This document shows, piece after piece, positions 10,359 to 20,882 of a stretch of DNA of 64,000 nt. The stretch's first letter is position 1; every line of letters begins with the position of its first letter. The stretch is taken from positions 3,318 to 67,317 of the forward strand of contig JAUWMT010000008.1 in NCBI GenBank assembly GCA_030613025.1, written 5' to 3'. The notes beneath the pieces were generated by a model that saw only the letters and a list, made by a program, of their open reading frames with translations, was not told where the DNA came from and made no database searches. The stretch comes from Candidatus Cloacimonadota bacterium (GTDB lineage: Bacteria; Cloacimonadota; Cloacimonadia; JGIOTU-2). Position numbers and translations under genes: made by a program.

Positions 10359-11789
10359 ATGAAAAAAGTAATAATATTTATCCTGATCCTTTCTATTGCT
10401 TCATCACTTTTTGCATTGAAAGATTTTAGTGTAACCGGCTTGAATGAAGCAACATACGTCTATAAAAATGCAGTTGATTCTCTGAGGAATTATTTCTCAG
10501 ACGAGTTTAGTTTCCGCATGACCTATAAGAATTTCACCTTTGGTATGAAGTTCATTGCAAATCTTCCAAAGTATGATGAATTCGCAGCGATGCAGGAGCT
10601 TACTTCGCAGTCGATTTCCTATACCTGGGATGAACGATTCCTTGAATATAAAGTGGATGATTTCTCTGCACGAGCCGGCAACTTTGAACAGGTTTTTGGC
10701 TCAGGTATTGCACTGCGTGTTTATAGGGATAGAGATTTTGATATTGACACACGATTGAACGGTTTCTCCGCAGAAATCTTCCCTAAATCCTTTCAGATGA
10801 AAGCACTTTATGGCGCACTTCCCAATGAGGATAATGACATTAAAAACGATGTGGTTGCCGGTATTGATATGCAGAAGGATATATTTGATCCCGTTAAACT
10901 TGGCGCTTCTTTTGTGAATGTTCGAGAGTGGCAGGCAGGTGATAATTATCTGGATAGAAAGATTCTCGGCATTCGTGCTGACGTGAATGCAAGCCGGTTT
11001 GATATGAGCGCTGAGTATGGTTATCTTGATCAATCTGAAGGTATCTCAAAGATAGGGCATGCCTTTTATGGAAATCTCAATACCTATTTTGATATAATTT
11101 CTTTTTCAGTTGCCTACAATAATTACCTGAATTTTGATTCGCGCTTGAACGACCTACCGATCCTCAATCACAGTAATGAACCGTTATATGACTCTCCGAT
11201 CGGGAAAGACCAGCAGGGCGTGATGGGAGAAGTGATGTTCATGCCTAATGACTTTAATGAGTTCGTAGTCAATTATGCTGAGGAATGGAATGATGCGTGG
11301 ACAATTCGGCAGAGCGATTTGTGGGTGGAAGCGATCCACTACTTTGACACCTCGATCCTCATCGCAAGCTTTTCTCATATTGAAAGAAAGGACGAGGAGA
11401 TAAATCACTGGGAAAAAGAAGTTACACCCACGCTTATGTATGATTTCATGATCGGTGAGACGCCTATTTCCATCAAAGCGGAATACCAGTATCATGACAA
11501 ACACTATCAGCAGGAAAAAATCCATCATTGGGAACCTCTTTTACAGATCGATACGAATATATTTAATATTGACTGTTCGGTCATTGCGGAATATTCTTAT
11601 GAAAAAATGAAAGATATTGGAAAAAATCCTCTCTGGCTCGGTGCAGAGATCAGCAAAGAGATATTTGAGAACACCACAATGCGTCTCTTTATCGGTAAAG
11701 AAAAAGGCGGAAAGGTCTGCCGCAACGGCATTTGTAAATATCGCAACCAGTTTGAAGGATTACGTTTAGAATTAATAACCACTTTTTAG
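10359..11789 (+). CDS. Putative outer-membrane beta-barrel protein.
   Basis: Signal peptide, alternating amphipathic strands, C-terminal ...LELITTF with a terminal aromatic residue typical of outer-membrane proteins. In the same operon as the redoxins. Confidence 0.5.
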   Translation: MKKVIIFILILSIASSLFALKDFSVTGLNEATYVYKNAVDSLRNYFSDEFSFRMTYKNFTFGMKFIANLPKYDEFAAMQELTSQSISYTWDERFLEYKVDDFSARAGNFEQVFGSGIALRVYRDRDFDIDTRLNGFSAEIFPKSFQMKALYGALPNEDNDIKNDVVAGIDMQKDIFDPVKLGASFVNVREWQAGDNYLDRKILGIRADVNASRFDMSAEYGYLDQSEGISKIGHAFYGNLNTYFDIISFSVAYNNYLNFDSRLNDLPILNHSNEPLYDSPIGKDQQGVMGEVMFMPNDFNEFVVNYAEEWNDAWTIRQSDLWVEAIHYFDTSILIASFSHIERKDEEINHWEKEVTPTLMYDFMIGETPISIKAEYQYHDKHYQQEKIHHWEPLLQIDTNIFNIDCSVIAEYSYEKMKDIGKNPLWLGAEISKEIFENTTMRLFIGKEKGGKVCRNGICKYRNQFEGLRLELITTF

Positions 11790-11803
11790 TGGGAGGAGCA
11801 TAA

Positions 11804-12535
11804 ATGAAAAAAATGGCAATTGTGTTTTTAAGTTTAATGATATTTGGTGTCATAAGTCTGCAGGCAGATCTGGCATTTGACATTCCATTTGATCCGGATG
11901 TTGTCGGACCAGCATATAATGACTCGAGTTATATCTATGTATCCGAATATTTCAGTATTGTTAATAATGGAGTAACAGATCATTTCACCGTTGTTCTAGA
12001 ATACGGCTCAATGCCACCGGATTGGTCGATCATGTTCTGTCATATTTTGAATGGTTCTGGCGCATGTCATTTACCGGTTTATCCATGGAATTTCAATTTT
12101 GCCAGCGGAGATACCCTTTTTCTTGATTTCACGATCAATGTGAACTCAGCTGGCTCAATGGATTTCACTTATACATTTACTGCACCAAGCTTAACAACGC
12201 CTTATGTGCTTGATTTTAGTTATACTACAGGCGTTTCTGTGGATGACCCTCAATCCAACGAAAAGGTACTTTTGAAAAATTCACCTAATCCCTTTAGTGA
12301 ATCAACCTCTATCTCATTTAATCTAAAGAATTCTGCACATAGAGGTGCAGAGATCACAATATACAATCTTCAGGGGAAGTGTGTTAAAACCTATGATATC
12401 ACCCCTGATATGAACTCGATCACATGGAATGGTAAGGATGAAAAAGGCACAGCCATGCCAAGCGGTGTGTACTATTACACAATTTCTTTGGATGACGAGA
12501 TCACAAAAACAAAAAAATTATTATTACTCAAATAA
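11804..12535 (+). CDS. Secreted protein with a T9SS C-terminal sorting domain.
   Basis: Signal peptide. C-terminal LLKNSPNPFSESTSISFNL...EITIYNLQGKCVKTY...GVYYYTISLD matches Por-secretion-tail architecture. Confidence 0.7.
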   Translation: MKKMAIVFLSLMIFGVISLQADLAFDIPFDPDVVGPAYNDSSYIYVSEYFSIVNNGVTDHFTVVLEYGSMPPDWSIMFCHILNGSGACHLPVYPWNFNFASGDTLFLDFTINVNSAGSMDFTYTFTAPSLTTPYVLDFSYTTGVSVDDPQSNEKVLLKNSPNPFSESTSISFNLKNSAHRGAEITIYNLQGKCVKTYDITPDMNSITWNGKDEKGTAMPSGVYYYTISLDDEITKTKKLLLLK

Positions 12536-12543
12536 GGAGACCT

Positions 12544-14628
12544 ATGCGTTTTAAACTTGGACTATTGATATCAATGTTACTGATATTTAGCGGATTTTCA
12601 ACATTGTATGGAAATCAGAAAATATTAACCCCGCAGCTTGAGCAGAAGTTGCAAGAGAGTACTCAGGATGAATTAATACCTATCAATATAGTGATGAAGC
12701 AGCAGTATGATCATCAGGATTTGTTGCAGCAAAGTAACTTTTTACCTAGTTCGGAAAGAAGAGATTTTGTAATTCAGGAATTGAAATCCTTTACTGATAT
12801 CCATCAGCAGGATCTTCTTTATGATCTGGAGAACTTATCCTATAATGATATTGTGCAGGATATCCAGCCCTTGTGGGTTTCGAATGTCATAACCTGTAAG
12901 GCAACATCGGAGGTCATATATGATCTTATTCAAAGAAATGATATTGACTTTATTGATCATGATGAGGTCCGCAATATGCTGATGTTTGAAAAAGAAAATT
13001 CCTATAATCCAACCTCCCGTGAGATCACATGGAATGTGATCAAGGTCAATGCAGATGATGTATGGAATCTTGGCTATACTGGGAGCGGAGTAACTGTTGC
13101 TGTGATCGATACCGGCGTGAACTATAACCATGTTGATCTTGCAGATCATCTCTGGACTGATCCCGGTTACCCAAATCATGGCTGGGATTTTCGTTTCAAT
13201 GACAACAATCCTATGGATGATCACGGACATGGCACACATTGTGCGGGAACAGTTGCCGGAGACGGAACTGCCGGCTCTCAGACAGGTGTTGCTCCTGATG
13301 CGGAGATCATGTGCCTGAAAGTACTCGATAGTGGTGGAAGCGGCTCTGAGTCCGGTGTGTGGAGCGCGATCCAGTTTGCTATCGATAATGGAGCAGATAT
13401 AATGAGCATGTCCCTGGGCTGGCTTCATGCATGGGGACCGAACAGAGTAACGTGGCGGAATACCATGAATACAGCTTTGGCTGCAGGTGTCGTTGCATCT
13501 GTTGCAGCAGGCAATGAGGGAGATCAGCAGTATATGTATCAAATCCCTGATAATGTCCGTACTCCCGGAGATTGTCCTCCCCCCTGGCTTCATCCCGACC
13601 AAACACTGACAGGTGGTATAAGCTCGGTTGTTTGTGTTGGTGCCACCAACTCCGGTGATGGAATTTCGGGCTTTTCCGCTCGAGGTCCTGTCACATGGCA
13701 GAGCATTTCCGGATTCAATGATTATGCATATAGCCCCGGAATGGGTTTGATACGTCCTGATGTAGTTGCGCCCGGATCTAATATTAAATCTTTAGCCCAT
13801 TATAGTAACTACGGATATGAAAACGGCTGGAGCGGAACATCTATGGCTACACCCTGTGCTGCAGGAGTCATGGCTCTGATGCTTTCAAAAAATCCCAATA
13901 TAGCTCCTCCCCAGATCGACCAGATCCTCGAAGAAACTGCCCTTCCTCTGGCAACTTCAAAGAGCAACACTTATGGTTCGGGAAGAGTGGATGCGCTGGA
14001 AGCAATAAACCAGGTTCCATTCCCAAGTCCGGTCATGAATTTTTATCCTGACAGTCTTGATTTCGGTCCTGTACAGATCGGTTATGACTCCACCCTGCAA
14101 TTCTATATTGAAAATGTAGGCGGAGATACTCTGCGTGGAATTATCATATCACCTGAAGGATATTCCGTTGCACAGGATGGTTTAAAAGAACCCGGAAGAA
14201 ATACTGTCGAATTTGCAGTTCCATCAGGCAACACTGATACTTACAATCTTACTTTCACTCCCACAAATGTTCAATCCTATGACGGACAGGTCAGGATCAG
14301 TCAATACCCATTTTATAACTTCTTTCTTGATGTCTATGGCGAAGGATATCCTGAAGTGGGCAATGAGCCCGACCTCAACTTTAATGCGATAATTGAACAT
14401 TTTCCAAATCCTGTAAGAACTACTCTGACAATTCATTATGCTCTTGGTCAACAAAATACCGATCTGCCAATTGCGATCTATAATATTAAAGGTGAGTTCG
14501 TAACGGAAATTCAGGGAAGTAACGGCTTTGCACATCTCGACGCAACAAACATGAACGATGGTGTGTATTTATACAAAATTCAAAATAGTGAAACAACTTA
14601 TATTGATAAATTCATTATAATAAAATAA
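12544..14628 (+). CDS. Subtilisin-like (S8) serine protease with N-terminal propeptide and T9SS C-terminal sorting domain.
   Basis: Catalytic-triad motifs VAVIDTGV (Asp), HGTHCAGT (His), GTSMATPCAAG (Ser). C-terminal FPNPVRTTLTIHYAL...IAIYNIKGEFV...GVYLYKIQN. Confidence 0.85.
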   Translation: MRFKLGLLISMLLIFSGFSTLYGNQKILTPQLEQKLQESTQDELIPINIVMKQQYDHQDLLQQSNFLPSSERRDFVIQELKSFTDIHQQDLLYDLENLSYNDIVQDIQPLWVSNVITCKATSEVIYDLIQRNDIDFIDHDEVRNMLMFEKENSYNPTSREITWNVIKVNADDVWNLGYTGSGVTVAVIDTGVNYNHVDLADHLWTDPGYPNHGWDFRFNDNNPMDDHGHGTHCAGTVAGDGTAGSQTGVAPDAEIMCLKVLDSGGSGSESGVWSAIQFAIDNGADIMSMSLGWLHAWGPNRVTWRNTMNTALAAGVVASVAAGNEGDQQYMYQIPDNVRTPGDCPPPWLHPDQTLTGGISSVVCVGATNSGDGISGFSARGPVTWQSISGFNDYAYSPGMGLIRPDVVAPGSNIKSLAHYSNYGYENGWSGTSMATPCAAGVMALMLSKNPNIAPPQIDQILEETALPLATSKSNTYGSGRVDALEAINQVPFPSPVMNFYPDSLDFGPVQIGYDSTLQFYIENVGGDTLRGIIISPEGYSVAQDGLKEPGRNTVEFAVPSGNTDTYNLTFTPTNVQSYDGQVRISQYPFYNFFLDVYGEGYPEVGNEPDLNFNAIIEHFPNPVRTTLTIHYALGQQNTDLPIAIYNIKGEFVTEIQGSNGFAHLDATNMNDGVYLYKIQNSETTYIDKFIIIK

Positions 14629-14632
14629 CATG

Positions 14633-14672
14633 AACCACGAAATACACGAAAGTCACGAAAAAATTAAGAAGA
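14633..14672 (+). repeat. Period ~10 tandem CACGAA repeat (3 copies) plus AAAAAATTAAG, directly after the S8 protease stop.
   Basis: aaccacgaaa tacacgaaag tcacgaaaaa attaagaag. Confidence 0.85.
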
Positions 14673-14888
14673 AGTTTTGCAGAATATTTTTATTAAAATC
14701 AATTTTCGTGTTTTTTGTAGTTAGAAATTTTTATATGGAGGTGGCTGAATAGTCAAAACATTGATTGAGGATGATAGCAAAAGCAGTTCCATAATTAAAA
14801 GATGAAATAAAAATTACTTTGACATTTAAATTTTGACATTTTATTTGTCATTAGTAATTTGGATTTAGAAATTATTTTAAAGGTTAAT

Positions 14889-17498
14889 ATGATCATGAAG
14901 AAAAAAAGAACAAAAATATTTGCTATTGCGTTGATATGTGTTGCAATTCTAGCAGTTGTGCTCATTTCCGTTCATAAACCAGCTCTAAAAGGCAAACCTG
15001 CAGAACGCTGGGTGGAGAGACCTCACGGCGAAAAAGTAAAGAAAGAACCGGATGTGCTTCCTAATGAATGGATGGCATATCAACGTGTATATCCCTATAA
15101 TAAGATCAAGCTTGAGAACTATCTCAAAGGTATTGAAGATGCACAAAAACTGCATGAGGGGTCCTCTCAATATAGATATAACTGGGAACTTGTCGGTCCA
15201 ACTAATATCGGTGGACGGATTACCGATCTTGCTATTGACCCGACTGATCTCAATAAATACTATGTGGGAGCAGCATCAGGCGGTGTGTATAAAACCATAA
15301 ACGGCGGTGCAAGCTGGGAAAATATCTTCACGGATGTACCTGTTATCTCAATTGGAGATATTGAAGTCGATCCTAATGATGGGAATACACTTTATGTTGG
15401 AACAGGCGAAGCGAATGCTTCGAGTTATAGTTTTTTGGGAAACGGAATGTATAAATCTACAAATGGCGGATTGTCCTGGGATCATATTGGACTTGACGAA
15501 TCAGGATACGTCGGAAGAATTATTGTGGATTATAACAATTCCCAGAGAGTATTCGTTGCTGCTTGCGGAAATTTGTTTTCAGCGAATCCGGAACGTGGTG
15601 TATATCGCAGCGATGATGGGGGACAAACCTGGGTTAGAAAGCTATTTATCACAGATTCTACAGCCGCAGTTGATTTGGTTCAACATCCTACAAATCCGGA
15701 CATTTTGTACGCTGCTATGTGGGAGCGTATGAGGGGTTTGAATTACAGACGCTCATTTGGTTTGAGTTCCGGAATTTGGAAATCAGAAAATGGCGGGGAT
15801 ACTTGGACTGAGCTGACGAATGGCTTACCTACAGGAAACGATGTCGGCAGAATTGGTCTGGCAATTGCAAAATCTAATCCGAACAGACTCTATGCCTTTT
15901 ATGATAGAACGAATCAGATTGATGTCTTTAAAACAAATGATGGCGGAAACAGTTGGACTGCTACGAATGATGGTGCGCTGCAGGGAATCAACAGCACCTT
16001 TGGCTGGTATTTTGGGCAAATTCGGGTTGACCCGAATGATCAAGACCGGGCGTATGTGATGGGAGTATATCTCTACCACACGACAAATGGAGGTTCAAGC
16101 TGGAGCCAGATCGGCAGCAACATCCACGTTGATCATCATGCAATGTATATTGATGAAGTCACAGGATTTATAATTGAAGGAAATGATGGCGGTCTTTATA
16201 CAAGCTCAAATTCCGGCACATCCTGGACAAAAATCAATAATCTTCCAATGACCCAGTTCTATGCAATTGAGATCGATCAAACCTACCCATACAGAATTTA
16301 CGGCGGCACACAGGACAATAATACTATTCGAACTCTCACTGGAGCACTCAATGATTGGGAACCAATTCTGGGCGGAGACGGATTCTACTGCATTGTAGAT
16401 TACACTGATCCTAATACTATATTTGCAGAATATCAATGGGGCAATTTGTATAGATCTACAAATGGCGGTTATAGTTTTAATTATATTTCCTATCCAATGA
16501 GCGGAGACAGAACGAACTGGTCATCACCTTATGTGATGCATCCTATCAATCCTGATATTCTCTACTTTGGTACTTACCGAATTTGGAAAACTACGAATGG
16601 TGGTTCGGGCTGGAATGCGGTCAGCGGAGATCTTACTCAAGGTGATGATGGAAGCAGTTATCACACTATTTCTACAATAGCAATTTCGAAACTCAATCCA
16701 GGTCTTATTCTTGCAGGCAGCGATGATGGAAGAGTTCACATTTCTCATAATAATGGAAGTTCATGGATAGATATTTCTACAGGATTACCGGATCGCTGGA
16801 TAACCAGAGTTGCTTTTGATCATCATGATGCAAATACTATTTATGCAACTGTTTCGGGATTTCGCTGGGATGAGGAAGCTCCTCACGTCTTCAAGTCCAC
16901 CAATCTTGGAATGGACTGGTTGAATATAAGCGGAAATCTTCCTGAAATTCCTGTGAACTGCATTGCTGTTGATCCTAATATTCCGAATAAGTTATTTGTA
17001 GGAACGGACTCCGGCGTATTCTTCTCTGAAGATGGAGGACAGAACTGGTATGGACTTTCTCAAGGGCTTCCAAATGTTCCTGTTACAGATATGAAGATCT
17101 ACAATCCAGATCGATTTATGGTCATCGGAACCTACGGCTGTTCCGCTTATAAGATCGATCTTGATGACATTATTGTTAGTAATGATCCGGAACCGGAAGA
17201 GCAAGTATTTGTGAAGCTTTATCAGAATTATCCAAATCCGATTTCATTGACAGCGCATACTTCAACTCAAATCGGTTTCTCACTTGGTACAGCTGGGAAT
17301 GTAGATATTTCTATCTACAATATAAAAGGGCAGAAGATCAAAACTATTCTGAATACTCAAATGGCAGCTGGTGATCATACTGCGCAATGGAATGGCACTG
17401 ATGAGTTAGAACAATCTGTCTCCACCGGCATCTATCTCTATAAATTATCAGTAAATGGCAATGTAAAACAAATAAAACGATGTACGGTTATTAAATAG
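14889..17498 (+). CDS. BNR/Asp-box repeat protein (sortilin/Vps10- or glycosidase-like beta-propeller) with T9SS C-terminal sorting domain.
   Basis: At least 10 Asp-box motifs (STNGGLSWD, SDDGGQTWV, SENGGDTWT, TNDGGNSWT, TTNGGSSWS, etc.). C-terminal LYQNYPNPISLT...ISIYNIKGQKI...GIYLYKLSV. The track ORF starts at a TTG at 14859; the in-frame ATG at 14889 was used. Confidence 0.8.
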   Translation: MIMKKKRTKIFAIALICVAILAVVLISVHKPALKGKPAERWVERPHGEKVKKEPDVLPNEWMAYQRVYPYNKIKLENYLKGIEDAQKLHEGSSQYRYNWELVGPTNIGGRITDLAIDPTDLNKYYVGAASGGVYKTINGGASWENIFTDVPVISIGDIEVDPNDGNTLYVGTGEANASSYSFLGNGMYKSTNGGLSWDHIGLDESGYVGRIIVDYNNSQRVFVAACGNLFSANPERGVYRSDDGGQTWVRKLFITDSTAAVDLVQHPTNPDILYAAMWERMRGLNYRRSFGLSSGIWKSENGGDTWTELTNGLPTGNDVGRIGLAIAKSNPNRLYAFYDRTNQIDVFKTNDGGNSWTATNDGALQGINSTFGWYFGQIRVDPNDQDRAYVMGVYLYHTTNGGSSWSQIGSNIHVDHHAMYIDEVTGFIIEGNDGGLYTSSNSGTSWTKINNLPMTQFYAIEIDQTYPYRIYGGTQDNNTIRTLTGALNDWEPILGGDGFYCIVDYTDPNTIFAEYQWGNLYRSTNGGYSFNYISYPMSGDRTNWSSPYVMHPINPDILYFGTYRIWKTTNGGSGWNAVSGDLTQGDDGSSYHTISTIAISKLNPGLILAGSDDGRVHISHNNGSSWIDISTGLPDRWITRVAFDHHDANTIYATVSGFRWDEEAPHVFKSTNLGMDWLNISGNLPEIPVNCIAVDPNIPNKLFVGTDSGVFFSEDGGQNWYGLSQGLPNVPVTDMKIYNPDRFMVIGTYGCSAYKIDLDDIIVSNDPEPEEQVFVKLYQNYPNPISLTAHTSTQIGFSLGTAGNVDISIYNIKGQKIKTILNTQMAAGDHTAQWNGTDELEQSVSTGIYLYKLSVNGNVKQIKRCTVIK

Positions 17499-17530
17499 AT
17501 CTAAATATCTCAAATCATTTGCATATTTGA

Positions 17531-17572
17531 AAAATCGAAAAGCACGAAAAGACACAAAAAAAATTTAAAGGA
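17531..17572 (+). repeat. Degenerate CACGAA/CACAAA period-10 repeat plus AAAAAAAATTTAAAGG after the BNR gene stop.
   Basis: aatcgaaaag cacgaaaaga cacaaaaaaaatttaaagg. Confidence 0.7.
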
Positions 17573-17976
17573 AAGGGACCAGCCCGAGGGATGATCCCAA
17601 TTTGAACAATCTCAGTATTTTTGCTCATCAAGCACTGAGACTGAACAAAAGAACACCATTTTTATAAAAAAACGTATTAACGATGTCAAGAAATAGGTGG
17701 GGATAAGAAAGAATTGACAAAAAGGTGAAGAAATTAAATAAATGATTAAGCATTGAAGTGGATATTGTTTTTACTATTGAAATTGTGCGGAATATAAATG
17801 TGGAAATAATAAAAAATATTATGAAAGAAAATAAAAGCAAAATACACGAAATATTACGTATACACACCCAAATGAGAGGCATATACGAACTTTTGTGGAA
17901 ATTTAAAGTAGATATTCACGAACTTGTTCGGGGATACACATGTTAAGTGCAACAATAAATATAGACGAAGGAAAAA

Positions 17977-18321
17977 ATGAAGTGTCCAAAATGCAATGCA
18001 GATGTAATTAATGGTGTAAAATTTTGTAGTAATTGTGGATATTCTTTAGGCAAAGAGAAAAATATTAATTTTGCTGAACACAATTCTTCTTACAATTATT
18101 CAAGCTCAAACAAGAAATTAAAATCACCTGGTTTAGCATTTTTTCTTGGTTTTTTGTTTGGCCCTTTGGGTTTGTTATATATTTCAACTAAGCTAGCTTT
18201 AGGTGCATTTATATTATTAGCTTTTTTTGCATTAATTACTGGAGGGATAGGTTTATCTTTATGGTTTGCATGTGCTTTTGGTGGTTATTTTGCAGCTAAA
18301 GACTATAATAAAAAACATTAA
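17977..18321 (+). CDS. Small membrane protein: N-terminal zinc ribbon plus a TM2-like two-helix domain.
   Basis: CPKC...CSNCG ribbon, then two hydrophobic helices (LAFFLGFLFGPLGLLYI..., ILLAFFALITGGIGLSLWFACAFGGYF). Confidence 0.55.
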   Translation: MKCPKCNADVINGVKFCSNCGYSLGKEKNINFAEHNSSYNYSSSNKKLKSPGLAFFLGFLFGPLGLLYISTKLALGAFILLAFFALITGGIGLSLWFACAFGGYFAAKDYNKKH

Positions 18322-18335
18322 TATATGGAGGTAAG

Positions 18336-18917
18336 ATGAAATGTAAGAATTGTAATGCAGAAATCTTAGATGATGCTAAATTTTGCAGTAATTGTGGTTT
18401 TAAAATGGAAAGCAAAAATTTATGCCCAAATTGTGGTATTGAAATTGAACAAGGAATAAAATTCTGCGGTAGCTGTGGTGAGCAAATAAGTGGTTCATTT
18501 AGCACAAATCATCAACAATCAAAATTAAAATCAGGATCAACAAAACAAAGAGTCTATGTAAATAAAGCTTCTCAATTATCTAAAGCATCAGAAATTGTAA
18601 AAGCCCTGTTATCAAATGAAAATCTTGAGTATCAAGAGTTTCCAGATTCTAATGGTATTTTAATACAAGCAAGAAAACCACCAAAAATTTGGAAAACAGC
18701 TTTAGGACTAGAAATTGCAGCTACAATTAAATTAAATAAAGATGGTGAAGACCTTATTGTAAATATTGGTGGAGGTAAATGGTTAGATAAAGCCGCAGGT
18801 GGGACAGTATTTTGGTTTGTTTTTTGGCCAGCGATATTAACTACTGGTTGGGGAATATATATACAGCAAAAGTTATTTAAACAAATTGATAATGCATTAA
18901 TTGCAAATTTAAATTGA
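18336..18917 (+). CDS. Double zinc-ribbon protein with an uncharacterised C-terminal domain.
   Basis: CKNC..CSNCG and CPNCG..CGSCG pairs. RBS GGAGG is present. Beyond that: a C-terminal hydrophobic stretch FWFVFWPAILTTGWGIYI. Confidence 0.5.
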   Translation: MKCKNCNAEILDDAKFCSNCGFKMESKNLCPNCGIEIEQGIKFCGSCGEQISGSFSTNHQQSKLKSGSTKQRVYVNKASQLSKASEIVKALLSNENLEYQEFPDSNGILIQARKPPKIWKTALGLEIAATIKLNKDGEDLIVNIGGGKWLDKAAGGTVFWFVFWPAILTTGWGIYIQQKLFKQIDNALIANLN

Positions 18918-18940
18918 TATTACTAGTTATGGGAGAAAAA

Positions 18941-19228
18941 ATGAATATCTTTGAACAATTAGAAAGAATTGATGAAATAATTGAAAAAAAATTTGAACTT
19001 GAAGCTCAAAATATGATGCAAATATTAGAAGGAGGAAGTCTTGGAGGATTGGGATTTGCTAATTCAGGAATGCAACCTTTGAGCCGTTATCATAAAGACC
19101 CATTAGGGAATGTTATTGATCAAGATAATGATGACATACCTGATAATATGGATTATCATTGGGGACATGGACAATATGATCAAAATGATTTAAATCACAA
19201 TGGTACACCAGATTATTTAGAAGAGTAA
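18941..19228 (+). CDS. Small acidic hypothetical protein.
   Basis: Open frame with a GGGAG RBS before the ATG at 18941 (the track starts at a TTG at 18914). Asp/Asn/His-rich, no recognisable motif. Confidence 0.35.
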   Translation: MNIFEQLERIDEIIEKKFELEAQNMMQILEGGSLGGLGFANSGMQPLSRYHKDPLGNVIDQDNDDIPDNMDYHWGHGQYDQNDLNHNGTPDYLEE

Positions 19229-19229
19229 T

Positions 19230-20612
19230 ATGAAAACAAATAATTCTGATAAAATTCAATTATGCTATGTTTTTCTATCTATATGTAGAGAAAACGAGAT
19301 TAATAAACTAATCGAAATAATTTTTTCATTATTTTCGAAAGAAGAGTTTGATGAAATTATAAATAGCTTGCCAAAAAGGGATAAATTTATTAAAAAAGCA
19401 AATCCTGAAAAATTATCCAATAATCAAAAAATACTTATTCTAACATATTCACATTTATATTTTTCCTATCATGATATATCTCTTCAAAATCCTGATTTAA
19501 GTTTTCTATTAAAATCATTCAACATAAATAAGAAATTCTCCGATACTTTTCATGATTTTTTTAATGAAGAAACTATAAAAAATCTGATAGATAAAAGAAC
19601 TCCAATTGAAAATATTTTTGAACCAACAGCAAGGACATTGCATTTTGTTACAAATTTTATTTACTTCATTTTTCAAAATGGCAGTTTTATTGAAAAACAA
19701 ATTCTATATGATTTAAATAATCGTGAATATGAGCACGAATTAGATAGAAAAGCTTTGATGGCTCTTGAGGGTACGCCAGGTTTAGAAAAAGTTGTTAGAT
19801 TTTTTAATAAATACGGTTTAGAGAGGTTTATTAAAATTCAATATACAGGAAGTAATATTAAAGTTACTAAAACTAATTTTCCGATGTTACATAAAATGCT
19901 TTTAGAAGCTTGTAATGTATTAGCTATAGATAAAATTCCTGATTTGTATATTGAATTAGGTTTCATCAATGCTAAGATAATGGGAGTAGAAAAACCGATT
20001 ATTGTTTTAACTTCAGGTTGTATAGGATTACTTACATTTGACGAATTGCTTTTCATTATAGGTCATGAATTAGGTCACATTAAAAGCGAACATGTTTTAT
20101 ATCATCAGATGTCTGAAGTACTTCCTATTTTGGGTGCTGTAATTGGTAACGCTACTTTAGGAATCGGAGGACTTGTGGCAACTGGTATTCAAATTGCACT
20201 TTTAAATTGGCGTAGAAAATCAGAATTTACTGCTGATCGTGCCGGTTTATTAGTTTGCCAAAATATTGATTCTGCAATCACGGCAATGATGAAATTAGCA
20301 GGTTTACCACCTAAATATTATAAAATTGCGAATACAGATGATTTTATTCAGCAAGCAAAAGAATTTGAAGATTTTGATTTTAATCAATTTGATAAAGCTG
20401 CTAAGGTATTAAGCGTTATGGGTGCAACACATCCTTGGACGGTAATGAGAGCTGCTGAAATGAATAAATGGATAGATTCTGGAAACTATACTAACATCAT
20501 AGAAAGACATGCAAAAAAGAAATCAAATCCAGATAATATATTTTGTGTAAATTGCGGTAAAAAAATCAAGAAAGGTCAACCGTTTTGTAATTTTTGTGGA
20601 TGCAAATTATAA
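19230..20612 (+). CDS. M48-family zinc metallopeptidase with an unknown N-terminal domain and a C-terminal zinc ribbon.
   Basis: HEXXH as IIGHELGHIKSEH; downstream TADRAGLLVC motif typical of M48. C-terminal CVNCGKKIKKGQPFCNFCGC. Confidence 0.6.
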   Translation: MKTNNSDKIQLCYVFLSICRENEINKLIEIIFSLFSKEEFDEIINSLPKRDKFIKKANPEKLSNNQKILILTYSHLYFSYHDISLQNPDLSFLLKSFNINKKFSDTFHDFFNEETIKNLIDKRTPIENIFEPTARTLHFVTNFIYFIFQNGSFIEKQILYDLNNREYEHELDRKALMALEGTPGLEKVVRFFNKYGLERFIKIQYTGSNIKVTKTNFPMLHKMLLEACNVLAIDKIPDLYIELGFINAKIMGVEKPIIVLTSGCIGLLTFDELLFIIGHELGHIKSEHVLYHQMSEVLPILGAVIGNATLGIGGLVATGIQIALLNWRRKSEFTADRAGLLVCQNIDSAITAMMKLAGLPPKYYKIANTDDFIQQAKEFEDFDFNQFDKAAKVLSVMGATHPWTVMRAAEMNKWIDSGNYTNIIERHAKKKSNPDNIFCVNCGKKIKKGQPFCNFCGCKL

Positions 20613-20882
20613 GAGGTAAATTATTGGTTGGGCTGATAATTTATTAAATAGGAATTAATGTAATTTTGCATTTAATTTAAGAAGGATAATGAATATTATG
20701 TGTATAGTAGAAATAAACACAATGGTATTTATGCACCCAAATTGGCAGGCTAAACACAATGAATTTATCTACAAGTTGTGCGCCATTGTTTAGATTATTA
20801 AAATACACCAAATTAAAATGAAACACAGTGTTATAAAGAAAAATTTTAAATATAAAAAAATCAAAACATATTGGATAATATC

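Noticed and set aside
12835-13602. 255-aa minus-strand ORF inside the S8 protease gene. Similar long antisense ORFs include 1413..1721, 26383..27009, 52404..53024, 10701..11033 and 36626..37078.
   Set aside because: Each overlaps a well-supported protein-coding gene on the other strand. They have no RBS and no recognisable motifs. Antisense ORFs of this kind are typical artefacts of AT-rich genes.
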